Source: Macrostomum lignano (lineage: Eukaryota). From it: a stretch of 64,000 nt of DNA. The position numbers were made by a program, and so were the translations under genes. Positions 13,040-23,700 of this stretch are shown piece after piece. Under the pieces are notes generated by a model. It did not search any database, was not told where the DNA came from, and worked only from the letters and a program-made list of their open reading frames with translations. Location of the stretch: NCBI GenBank assembly GCA_002269645.1, contig NIVC01000382.1:248001-312000 (forward strand), given 5' to 3'. The first letter of the stretch is position 1. Every line of letters starts with the position of its first letter.

Positions 13040-13544
13040 TTTTAATTGGACAATTTTCACAACATTAAAATTTTGCAACACTTTTCCTCAATTTTTTGTA
13101 AATCTGTAAATAATGTAAATTTTAACGTTTTATGTGATTTAAACAGTGTATGCATGTTTAATACAACATTAGTATATTTTGAATAATATACATATGCTTT
13201 ACTCTATGACATTCAATACGCTGCAGTAGAGAAAATGCTCTTTCACATTAATATTTTTGTCATAATGTCCAGGTTAAAAGTTAAAAGTTAGTCGAGTCCA
13301 GGTTAAAATCCCCATTGAAATACATGTTTTGTGAACAAGTATGTAAGTTTTCGTCCACAGTGATTTAAAGCACGCAATATGGCGTAAATTTTTCGACAAC
13401 ATGCGTCAATTTTCATGCACAAGTTCGAGTGAAAATCCCTATTGAAATACATGTATTTTGTTTTCAAGCCAGGTCTTTGGCATAAGAAAATGATAGGTAC
13501 TATAAATTTGGAAAAATGATAAAAAGGCGATTTCCAACCTGCCA

Positions 13545-14130
13545 AGTATTTATCTTGACTGCAGGAGGCCGGGCAGCTATGGAGACTATCAGGCGTTAAA
13601 ACAAGAGTTGCACAAACAGCAAGGGCGCAAGTTTAGTGTAGCGCAGGTATGGATTTTTAATTCTACGATATACTTCTGGACCAAAGATTTTCTAAAAAAT
13701 TCCATCCTAGATTTGCCTCAGATTTATCCACTAGCTAGCTATTTCCAGTTTTCATATTACTTACAATTAAAGGTAATGACTTGGCTCAAAGACCAAGATG
13801 TCTACACACTGCATAGAGATAAACGCAAAAAACTTTCGTTTAGCACCAATTGTGGTGCGGGGCATGGATGACCCGTGGGAACTGGACCTGGTTGAAATGC
13901 TTCCATTCCGTTGAAATGCAATGGCGGCATGCGATACTTTCTTTGCTGTATTGATATGCTCAGCAAAATGGCCTAGGCTCAGCCAGTGCGCCGCAAAACA
14001 GCCGGAGAGGTTGCGGCAGGATTCAATGCAATTCTGAAAAATCTTTTTTTCAAAGGCAGAGAGTGGCGCACAATGAGCATAAATTGCACCTACATTGTGC
14101 TGTTCAACAACCCCAGAGACACCTTGGGCA
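13545..14130 (+). pseudogene. Maverick integrase N-terminal relic joined by deletion to a packaging-ATPase fragment
   Basis: YLDCRRPGSYG..QV/MTWLKDQDVYTLH..WELDLVEM..YFLCCIDMLSK..KTAGEVAAGFNAILKNL continues directly as FFKGREWRTMSINCTYIVLFNNPRD. The latter matches ATPase NLFAKGKEHRTQSLNANYLVLFRNVRD at 20905-21558. Confidence 0.8.
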
Positions 14131-14354
14131 GCCTTAAGTCAGCTGTAAATAGCATCAGTTTCGCTATCGCGTGCGCGTGAACTTATGTGTTTTATGTTCA
14201 GTGTACAATTGCCAGTGTACATTGCAAAATCAAATATAAAATATCTCGCTTGGCTTTAGCCACTTCGTGTTTTCTCGGACTAACTCAAACCTGCCCTTTG
14301 CTTAGTTTACATTGGTGGCAGCGGTCTCTAAATCAAGCCGGCTTACCCATGGCG

Positions 14355-14481
14355 CACACACACACACAAAAACACACACACACACACACACACAGGCGTA
14401 TTCACAGCAAGAGCTTCCTGCCGATGACGCCATCGCCTGCGGCGATCGGTGCTGCAGGATGCGCTGCAGGATACGCCTGTG

Positions 14482-14514
<33 letters not shown>
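14355..14514. repeat. Fold-back element with (CA)n-GGCGTAT / ATACGCC-(TG)n arms
   Basis: Arms are reverse complements, including a mirrored A-run/T-run interruption. GC-rich core contains the hairpin atcgcc-tgc-ggcgat. Confidence 0.75.
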
Positions 14515-15789
14515 ACTTTGTGTACATGTGGTCCTATATACCGGAAATTGCGTACATTTATACGTACAATTATGTCTATGCGCTACATTGTGTGTAGTTC
14601 GTTGACCTGCGTTTGTAAATACAGTTTAGCCCGTGCACTGCATTGATGCCTACTTTTGTGCTAAGGTACCTGCTTTTTATTAAATACACTGCACCAAAAG
14701 CAACTTTTAACGGTACATACTGTGTTTTTGTAGAGGTGTCGGTATGTTTTTTAATACATATTTCTTTAGTGTAAATTGGTGTGCTTCAACTTGGCTCGCG
14801 AATCTTGCACTATGGCTCTCTAGTGGAAAGTACTCTTACTTGTGCTGGTTTCGGGTGATTGTAAGGCTTTCTGCTTGACTTCTTTAGTTTACCTGATGGT
14901 TGAATGAGGAGTGGGAGCTGACGCGCCTACCTCGGGGGAGGAATGCAGCCCCGTGGTCTGGTGCAGCGCTTCTGTTACCCCTCTCCGTCCGCACTGTACT
15001 TGGTTTCCGCTAGGATCCCTCCTTGGGGTTAAGAGTGGGCGGGCCCTTTGTACTCGACCCTGGGTTAAAAACTCGCATTTGGAGGCTCTGGGGAGAGTTG
15101 CAGTGGAGTTCAACAAATTTCTGATAAGATCTCTTGCGGGGGCATGACACTCGTCTCGAAATAATAAGAACCCGAACAAGTGCTGGATGCCCTTACTAGT
15201 TGGCGGGTTGTTACCTCTACAATTGTGCACTATTTCTGTCAATATTTTCCCCCTGCATTATGTCAATATGTGCTACAGCGTGTCATAATATGATACTTTC
15301 ACGCACTAATATATATCATAATTTTCCTGCATTATGCCTGCTTCTGCCTCTACGATGTGTGTATTTTATAGCCTATGCACCTACATAATTTGAATCTACA
15401 GTGTGTGCATATGCACCTGCATTATACTTGTATCTACTGTGCGTATGTGTATTTCAACCTATGTTTTACAATATACTAGCATCTACAAGCGCCTACTACA
15501 CTAATGAGTAGGTGCTGTGTATTATACCTACTATTTTGTATATTTCACCTACTTTTCAGCCAAAATATCGATAAAATGCACCTACATTGTGTGTTTTTTT
15601 GCTGCCCATATACTTAATTCTATATGTCCGTACACCTATATGTTTCGTAATATGTATTATGCACCGATATTTACACCTACTGATGGGATTAATATGTGTT
15701 TTGCTTACTTTTTATGTAAATATACGCAATTTCACCTACTATAAGTAGTTTTCACTAGCCTAATTTTGTGTTAATAGGTATTGTTGACT

Positions 15790-16110
15790 CCAAATCGGTG
15801 TACACACATATCGGGAGAGTGTACACTCATATCGGGAGAGTGTACGCTCATATTGGGAGAGTGTACACTTGTATTGGGAGAGTGTACACTCAGATTGGAA
15901 GAGTGTACCTTCGGCTCGGGAGGGGGGCGTCCGCGGCGTACATTTCGAAGGGCCCGGACGGCGCTTGGCACCTGTGGCTCTAGTGCCATATGGTAGGGTG
16001 TACATGTCGGGGTACGTGTCGGTAGGGTCGCCTGCGACATACATGTTGGGGTACATGTCGGGAGGGTCGCCTGCGGCATACATGTCGGGAGGGTTGCCTG
16101 CATCATACAT
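15790..16110. repeat. ~21-bp atatcgggagagtgtacac repeats and gtacatgtcgg repeats, related to Maverick subterminal repeats
   Basis: The same unit recurs in direct orientation at 18465-18590. Confidence 0.75.
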
Positions 16111-17299
16111 ATCGGGGCGCATGGACGGGGCTCGAGTGGTGTACTCTTTGTGTGAATGTATTCTTGTTGTGTAACTCTTGACCGTCCCTTCCCTCCAGGA
16201 GCACTGCAAGTAGACTAGTATGGCTTGGTATTCGGAGTTGGCGTGTGTACGTAATATACTCTTTGTAATATTTACCTGACCTGGGTTTGTAAGTTCTAAT
16301 AACATATAAATGACTACTGCTGACTAGTTGACGCATTTGGGTGGTGTGATAAAAACTAGTAACGTACCGCGATTTCGAGAGAAATCCTAGCACAATACTG
16401 TTCTGTCCGGCATGTGGAAAAGTATTTGCCCCGCCTTCGCTTACTCATACTGCACACAGACAAAGCTTATCTCTATTAGCAATCTGTTCGTGGTGGTTTA
16501 GAAGGATACTGTCTTCCTGTATATAGCTCTCTATCCCTTCATCACTCGTAATAACTTCATAAATGCTCGCTTGACCAATGGTTGGTACTGAACTAATAAT
16601 TCATACGATACATATTGGTTAATACTTTCTAACTCCGTACAGCTCACAAGTTTCTACTCTCTACCTTATCAGTAACATTAAAATAAAAAAAGGTAAAATT
16701 TGCTGGTTTTGTGCCTTGTTTGCTTACTTTTCTATTAAAATACTTGCGGTTTATAATTGAAAATGTCTGCTTTTTATTCAATTTTATGTGGTTTGAAGGT
16801 TTATTCTTGCTAAAATGCCTGGTTTCTTATAAAACTTTCTACTCTCTACAATGATTGTGTCAGCTATTTCATTAAAATGACCTACTTTTTGAATAAAACG
16901 TTGTATTTAAGCCCCTAGTTTTTTTCAAAACATAATGGATACCCTCCCAACGCCCTTGGAACCTCCTCAAGCAGCTTACATAGAGCATGCAGACCCCGAA
17001 ACCCCCTCTAGTGTGCCCTGATTTCAGCGGTCTGACGGTTAAGATCTGTATTTTTACACTATATTTTCCTTCATGCAGCAATACAGGAAGGAGGGTTTGG
17101 AAGAGTGAGTCTGGCGGGAGAGGGGGCTTGTGGGGTGATGAGGATGCGTACACACAGTTTAGCCTGTTTTAGCCTACCTTTTGGGTTAATATACTTACTA
17201 TTATTACTACCATTATACCTACTATGTACATACTATTATACTACCCACTATTAAATATGCTGCACTAAAACCAACTTTTGATAATACATAGCGTGTTTT

Positions 17300-18850
17300 G
17301 GTCGATTCTCCCTCACGTCTCTGCGCCTACACATGTGCTCTGCTCGCTTTGTTCTCTGTTTGTGTACCTCTCTGTAACGTCTCTGTACGCTCAGACTGGT
17401 TTCTCCGTCCCCGCACGCACCTCTACTAAAGTTTGCTGTTACCTACCCCTACACACTGCTCTCTGTCTCCCTCCGCGCACACCTCTCTGGCCTTGCATGC
17501 AACTTGCATGTCTGCTCCCCTGTCCTGCCCTCGCGTGGGTCCCTGTCTATACATGGCTACCGGACCCTACCTCTCTGTGCCTTGCACGGAACTCTGTCCC
17601 AGGCCCCTTCACACTTCTCTGTCCCGGGCTGCAACTGGCTACACGCGCCTCTGTTCCCCTGCCAGCGTGGCTGCCTACCCCTGCACACTGCTCTCTGTCC
17701 CTCCTATCCGCGCCTCTCTATCATCCTATTCCTGCAGCTGACCATGCCGTTCAGCTCTGTCCACGCACGGCTCCACCCCTGCCCGTGTCTCACTGTACCG
17801 CCCTGTGTGGCTCCCTTACCCTGCGCGTTTGCTTCCTATCTCCCTCCTGCTCCATATGTTTCTGTTCCCTCACACTACGCACGCGTGGCCTGCTCTCTGT
17901 CCATACACATCTCTGCTCCTCCACTCTATCCTCGCGTGGCCCCTTGACTGTTCGCATGCCCCTGCATACCCTGCCTGCCTCTCTGTCCCCTGCAACTGGG
18001 GAGGGAGCTCTCTATCCTCTGTACGGCTATCTCTGTGGGGGTGTGTGTGACTCACACTGTCTCTCTGTCCTAGCATGCGCCTCTCTATCCGGCTCCTGCA
18101 GCAGGCTGTGTTATTCACATCTCTTTCCACCCACCCTCTGCCCGTACACGCTCACTGTACAGGGCTGCGTCAGCATCGGGGTTAAAACTTCTCGCTCCCT
18201 ATGCTTCAACAGTATAACAACCTAGTGGCTGGTTCTCTGTCCGCCCCACCCCTCTCTGCCCGTACCCGCTCACTGTACAGGGCTGCGTCAGCATCAGGGT
18301 TAAAACTTCTCGCTCCCTATACCCCCAAACCGTGTAGTGGCCTAGTATGGGCGCGACCTGGGTTTGATTTCGCTAGTTGAGATGTGGGTGAGAGAGGGGA
18401 AGAGGCTAGGTGGGGGCAGGGCGTGAGGTATAGGGTGCCTGCGGGGTACGTATCGTTGACTAAATATCGGGAGAGTGTACACCTGTATTGGGCGAGTGTA
18501 CACCCATATCGGGAGAGTGGGAGAGTGTACTGGGGAGAGTGTACTGGGGAGAGTGTACCTTTGGCTCGGGAGAGTGTACACTCGGGGCGCCTGCGGCATG
18601 GGCGTCTGCGGCTCAGGAGGGTGCGCTTGGGATCTGATTGATTTGGGATCTGATTGATTTATTGGGATCTAATATCGGGAGGGTGCGCCTGCGGCGCTTG
18701 GCGCCACGCGCCTGCGGCGCGCGCGCGCCGAGCGCCGATATCGATACGGGTATCGATCACCTAGTGATCGGGGCGCCAGCCAATGAGAGGCGAGGAGGGT
18801 TGACACCCACCCCACCTCCAAAATCAACTGATCTACCGTTGCTTAGTAGT
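17300..18850. mobile_element. Right terminal region (TIR-like) of a Maverick (element A) whose left end lies outside the window
   Basis: Ends caaaatcaactgatctaccgttgcttagtagt (18850), 31/32 identical to the element B end at 30560. Shares gctcactgtacagggctgcgtcagcatc and gtgtacac motifs with the B TIR. Directly abuts Gypsy gag. Left boundary approximate. Confidence 0.8.
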
Positions 18851-19205
18851 CCGAGCCACGATTCTGGAGAGCATAAGCAGCAAAGGAGCCTCTGCAAGCG
18901 TTGCAGTGACATCGGTTAGTAATCAAGTGTCTGATCGGCTGGAGCAGATGCAGGAGCAGCTGGTAGACCTGGCCGCGACAGTCGCCACGATCAGCAGCCG
19001 GGGAAGTCAATGTGGAAGAGGAAGAGGAGCCGGACGCAAAGGCGGCAGCCGAGGAAGATGTTTCAATTGCGCTCAGCCCGGCCATTTTGCTGCTCAGTGC
19101 CCCAGCAGGAAGGCCGCACCAACCACGCCGTCCGTGTGCAGCCGCTGCTCAGGCAAAGGACACCGAGCCGAGGTCTGCCCGACACCAGCTTCGGGAAACT
19201 TCTGA
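18851..19205 (+). CDS. gag: Gypsy element 1 gag, C-terminal part (two CCHC knuckles), 5' part cut off by Maverick A
   Basis: CFNCAQPGHFAAQC and CSRCSGKGHRAEVC. In-frame -1 slippery heptamer G GGA AAC at 19193-19199, just before the stop. Confidence 0.9.
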
Positions 19206-20190
19206 GGACTGGTGACCGCGGGCCATCACCAGCCCTGCCTAGCAAGGCCCAAACCGCTTCCATCTTCCTTCTTCCTCCCTGTCCAGCTGGGGTCAACCAG
19301 GATCCCCATCTTCCCTGACAGGAGCCCCACGCCAGCCTGCCGAGTGATGCCCATCGCGGTGATTGCCAGAGTTGCCAGCACCGTGACCGTCCCTGCCCGC
19401 AGCCGTGTCATAATCCCGGTCAAGGTCCCATCGTCCGTCGAGCAGGGTCTGTTCGAGCCCAGCTCTGATTTCGTCGACAAGACGGGCCTGCTGCCGAACA
19501 GGGCGCTAGTGGTGTCCAGCGCTGATGGAAACCTGCCGGTGGGCGTCTGCAACCTGAGCGCCGACCCGGTAGTGCTCTACCAAAACCAGACAATCGGGAA
19601 CTTCGACTCTGCCGAACCTCATGGATCTGGCGAAGAACCTGATGAAGAGGTTGGCTTCAAAATCAACCCTGAGCTAAGTATGTCGCAACGCAAGCTAATC
19701 GAAGTCCTTCTCAGCAAGCACTAGAAAGCATTCGCCAGTAACGAGTTCGATCTGGGAACAACACACCTGCTGCAGCACGAGATCAACCTGGAGCCCGGCA
19801 GTCGCCCTATCACGCGCAGGCAGCGAACAATCCCGCTGAACTTCCGCCAGCAAGTGGATAACAAGATCAGTGAGATGCTGCGTCACGGAATCATCGAGCC
19901 ATCGTGCAGTCCATGGGCGAGCAACCTGCTCGTTGTTCGCAAGAAAAACAACGAGATCCGAATCTGCACCGACTGGAGAAGCCTCAACTCGTGCACCGTG
20001 AAGGACGCCTACCCGCTGCCTCCCCTGTCGGTTGCTCTAGACGTACTTACGGAATGCAGTTGGTTCAGCACACTCGATCTCCGCCAAGGGTTCCTGCAGG
20101 TCGAGCTACGTGAACAGGATCGAGAGAAGACCGCATTTTACTCAACGCAGGGCCTGATGCAGTACAGGAAGCTTGGATTCGGCCTCTGTA
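19206..20190 (+). pseudogene. pol: Gypsy element 1 pol, 5' part (protease core apparently deleted; RT N-half)
   Basis: SPWASNLLVVRKK..RICTDWRSLN..DAYPLP..FSTLDLRQGFLQV..KTAF..FGLCN. No DTG/DSG motif after LPVQLGSTRIPIF. One in-frame TAG at 19722-19724. Confidence 0.9.
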
Positions 20191-20823
20191 ACTACTAAGC
20201 AACGGTAGATCCGTTGATTTTGCGAAGGTCCGTCGGGCTGATGTCGGCCTCTAGCACCGCGGCAAGGTGCTCCCTCGGGGTGTACACCCGGGGTGTACCT
20301 CCAGCGGGGTGGGCGTCCAGCGAGTGTACCTCCAGCGGGGTGGGCCTCCTGCGAGTGTACATCCGGCAGGGTGGGCGTCCAGCGAGTGTACCTCCAGCGG
20401 GGTGGGCCTCCCTCGGGGTGTACATCCGGCGGGGGGGGGGATTCCCACTCGTGTGCACGCGGTTAGTGTTGGGGGAACCCTGATGCTGACGCAGCCCTGT
20501 ACAGTGAGCATGCAGCCCTGTAGCTGGGGACAGAGAGCAGCCCCTGTAGCAGGAGGGGTAGTGCGTGGAGAGCCGCCATCCCCCTGTAGCAGGGACAGAT
20601 AACAGGCGGCCCCCTGTAGCAGTATGAGGCGGGGTACAGAGAGACACGGGGTGCTGGGACAGAGAGTGCGTGGAGGCACCCTGCGCCGCCCCGGCATGTC
20701 GCAGCACGCGGCGTGGACAGAGAGGGAGTGTGAGTCACACGGAGGGACAGAGAGCTTCCCCAGGCCGGGGTGGTAGAGGGACAGACCGGCGGTGAGTGAT
20801 AGAGAGCCCCCAGGCTGCAGAGG
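20191..20823 (+). repeat. Left TIR of element B (633 bp)
   Basis: Reverse complement of 29988-30560 apart from a ~60-bp internal repeat-unit difference, a few 1-nt indels and rare substitutions. Confidence 0.95.
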
Positions 20824-20904
20824 AATTGAAAAGAAAAAACACGTAATTCAGTTGTTTCAGGTTCAGGCCATCCGGCAAACAGAGCAAAGCTCTCCAACAG
20901 TGTT

Positions 20905-21558
20905 TTATTTTGCATAAACTACGGGGTAGCGCCCCAACACATTAGCATAGTAGCGAACAGATGCGTTCTGCAAGCAATTAACAATCAAGTAGGAGTAGGG
21001 CTCCCTAGTGGCGTCTTCGTACATTTGAACAAAACTTTTTGGGTTAGCGGGGACAAGCTGCTTTGCAATATGGGCGACTGTACTAACGTCCCGTACATTG
21101 CGGAACAATACAAGGTAGTTTGCGTTAAGGGATTGAGTGCGGTGCTCCTTGCCCTTGGCAAACAGGTTTTGTACAAGGTACCAAAGCCGGAATCCCACAT
21201 GGCTGACTTTGCGAGTGAAAAATGCGGTAAAAGCAGCGTTTTTTTCCATGGCTTGCATTTGATCATCGACAACGAGTAGAATATTCGGAGCGGGAACATA
21301 GGTTTCAGGGTTAAATGTAGAGGAGCGAAAATTGACAGGGTACGGTAATTCAAACAGTTCCGGGTCTGGATAGTGCCCAAACCAATCAACGCGAACAGGC
21401 TTAGGGTCCTGAAAAAACTTGTTTCGCAGCAATTCTTCAACAAGAGTTGTTTTTCCGCTCTGGTTAACACCAGCAAAAATCGCCGAAGTATTTGGAGCAA
21501 ACTTTAGAGCGTCAGGATCAATTGTTTGGTACATTTTCAGGGCGAGTTGACACTCCAA
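20905..21558 (-). CDS. A32-like/FtsK-HerA DNA packaging ATPase
   Basis: Walker A GVNQSGKT, Walker B LLVVDD, RKVSH, QNLF, SLNANYLVLF, DAT.EPYSYL. Likely ATG at 21534. Confidence 0.93.
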   Translation of the reverse strand: MECQLALKMYQTIDPDALKFAPNTSAIFAGVNQSGKTTLVEELLRNKFFQDPKPVRVDWFGHYPDPELFELPYPVNFRSSTFNPETYVPAPNILLVVDDQMQAMEKNAAFTAFFTRKVSHVGFRLWYLVQNLFAKGKEHRTQSLNANYLVLFRNVRDVSTVAHIAKQLVPANPKSFVQMYEDATREPYSYLIVNCLQNASVRYYANVLGRYPVVYAK

Positions 21559-21568
21559 ATATTAAAAA

Positions 21569-22006
21569 CTATTTTATTTGTAGAACATGTTTTCGAACCA
21601 TCAAATCATTTTCAAGCAGATTGGTAGAGTAACATTCCCTTAAAATCTTTTCAATCGACAACCCCTCTAAAAAGTGCTTTTCGGCCACAAAAATCACATG
21701 CGGCCCACACGCTACACTTAGAGGGTGTTGAACAGGGTGGCGATTCATAGCAACAGGTGAATGTACATGCTTCGAGATCCAAGCCGAGAGCAATTCCGGC
21801 ACGGGTTCAATACACAGGGGGTCAAAAAATGTTACACTCTTATCATCGTGTAGGCAAATCAGTCCCCAGTGGGTGCCTGGCAGATTGCCCGTGTCAAAAT
21901 TAATTACATATGCAGCAGGGTAAACAGGTGCAGGAATTCTGTCGAGAGGGCAAACGCGCACTTCCACAGGTAGTTTTAAACGCTCCAAAATTTCCAACGT
22001 GTTCAT
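21569..22006 (-). CDS. Adenain-like cysteine maturation protease
   Basis: NFDTGNLPGTHW..FFDP..VQHPLSVACG, giving the His/Asp/Gln/Cys set of the adenoviral protease family. Confidence 0.92.
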   Translation of the reverse strand: MNTLEILERLKLPVEVRVCPLDRIPAPVYPAAYVINFDTGNLPGTHWGLICLHDDKSVTFFDPLCIEPVPELLSAWISKHVHSPVAMNRHPVQHPLSVACGPHVIFVAEKHFLEGLSIEKILRECYSTNLLENDLMVRKHVLQIK

Positions 22007-23283
22007 ACGTAGTCCAGAATGGGTTGGCGGCCTCTAGTGATTTGCACCGCGTTGTCAAAGTAACCAAACACCAAAACGTTAATCCCTGCAGGTAGGGCTG
22101 CAGAAAGCTTTATCTGTAGGGTCAGATTCCCTCTCTCGCGAGGCATGCTATGTCCACCCAGTTCCATATCGGGCATTAGATTCCACGCAAATAAGCAGTA
22201 ACCGGCGCGATAATCCGAATATGACAGGTCAATGTCCAAATCGCGATTCATTTTCCCTAGGCTCTTAAACAGCATGGCGTATTCGCGAGCATAGTTTTGG
22301 GCAGCGAACCTTGGAGTGAATGGTTGACCGCACAGACTGACACCGTCCTTGTACAGGGCCACACTGTCCGCCCCAAATGGCTCGAAATTGAACGGATTAT
22401 GGGTAGCCACCCCGTTATATGCGGCACTATTTACCATCCCCATAATGACAAGTTTAGGCTTCTGCTCCGGGAAAATATTATTGATTGATACGTCGCGAAC
22501 TCCTACAGCGACAGAGGTGTTGTGTACAACGAGGCGCTCGATGGGGTAGACTGCATTCTGTGTTGACAGCTGTTCTTCAATCTCCAAGGCCAGTTGGGGG
22601 TTAGCCTTTACCCGACGAACGTGTAATTTTGCACTTTGAAGAACCAACTTTGCATCAACCCCTTCGGCGTGATTCTCCACAACGAATCCAGAATTTTGCA
22701 GAGTGAGCGTAACCACCATATCAGTGTAGGGTAGCAGCATACGATCGTTGGTGACAAAAAAGTCGAGACTAAGAGGGCCATACAGATGAAATGTTCGAGA
22801 ACCGGCAGCCATCGCCTTGCGAGTTACAAAGCCAGGATTTCCAACCGCAGCCATTTGACCCCAGCGTCTTTAGCGTAGCCCATCATCCGCAGTTGGTTAG
22901 ACTTTGAATCAGACCCATAACTCAAGCATGTACGAATGTACGCCTTGTAGGCATGGTTGTTGTTGCTAGACTCGATATGTGTACCATTTATGGAAAGAGA
23001 CACGTTTTTGAACATGGTCTCCAAGAGGTAATTGATTGGCGCCACGTTTGAATCCGCCGCCAAATCGGCTCCATTAGCTCTTTTAATACAACCTTTAATC
23101 TCGAGATCAATGTCATTAAGATCGACAAACGTCTCGCCGCCCACAATTCTAAACTCGACCACACTCGCATTTTCGACGCTGGCAACCGGGTGTATTTCTT
23201 CAGTAGTTGAACCTACAGCGGCAATCTGGTGGCTCGAGGGGCAAAGAGCTCAAACTCGACTTTGTACACAGACACTCGGACAT
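22003..23283 (-). CDS. Double jelly-roll major capsid protein (Maverick PY type), three 1-nt frameshifts as assembled
   Basis: ATG at 23283, then CTKSSL/ELF..(Q)IA..EF.I.G..DL..LE.K..NNN.AYKAY; NPFNF; GY.LFAWNL.PD; GNL.L.I; terminal I...RQPILDY. Shifts near 23250, 23228 and 22860. Confidence 0.9.
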
Positions 23284-23312
23284 GTTTAGTAGACAGACTC
23301 GATTCGGCGAAT

Positions 23313-23657
23313 CTAATTGAAGCGGGGCTTTTTATTTATAGTGCTGAAAATGTCTGAATTGAGACGCTTCGGAGCCTTTTTTCTTCTTCGTCCGCTACCC
23401 CTTTGGGTAACCGTGTCTTTAAAGGCGTCCTTGGCAGCCTGAACAGAATTGCGCAGGACAGACTCTTTCAAATTGCCTCCTTGCTCGAGGCTATCGTTAA
23501 CAGTAGTTGCTAGGGCTCTAGTACCATGACGGAGAACGTTTTTACCAAAACTCTTTAGAATTGGCAGCGCGAAGCGGGCAATGCTTCCAAACAAACCGTT
23601 GCCCCTCTGGGCGCCCGCGAAAACAGGCAAAGCTCCTCCAATCAGAATAGAAGGCAT
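23313..23657 (-). CDS. Small Maverick virion/core protein with QRGxG motifs and an amphipathic helix
   Basis: FAGAQRGNGLFGSIARFALPILK...QRGSGRRRKK; sits between the minor and major capsid genes, as in Mavericks/adintoviruses. Confidence 0.75.
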   Translation of the reverse strand: MPSILIGGALPVFAGAQRGNGLFGSIARFALPILKSFGKNVLRHGTRALATTVNDSLEQGGNLKESVLRNSVQAAKDAFKDTVTQRGSGRRRKKAPKRLNSDIFSTINKKPRFN

Positions 23658-23700
23658 GATTAAGCACTAGGATTTAGTTTACTGAGGCTGTGCTGTTTAT

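Noticed and set aside
17278-18225. 315-aa ORF and overlapping ORFs in the element A terminal region
   Set aside because: Pyrimidine-rich subterminal repeats give stop-poor frames on several phases; no domain signal.
20186-20191. Alternative 4-bp TSD (CTGT) with AACTACT/AGTAGTT ends
   Set aside because: The sibling end at 18850 is followed by C, not T, and 6-bp TSDs are the Maverick norm.
20195-20915. Multiple ORFs in the element B TIRs (also 29951-30567)
   Set aside because: They are by-products of GC-rich TIR repeats, mirrored in both TIRs and differing by indels.
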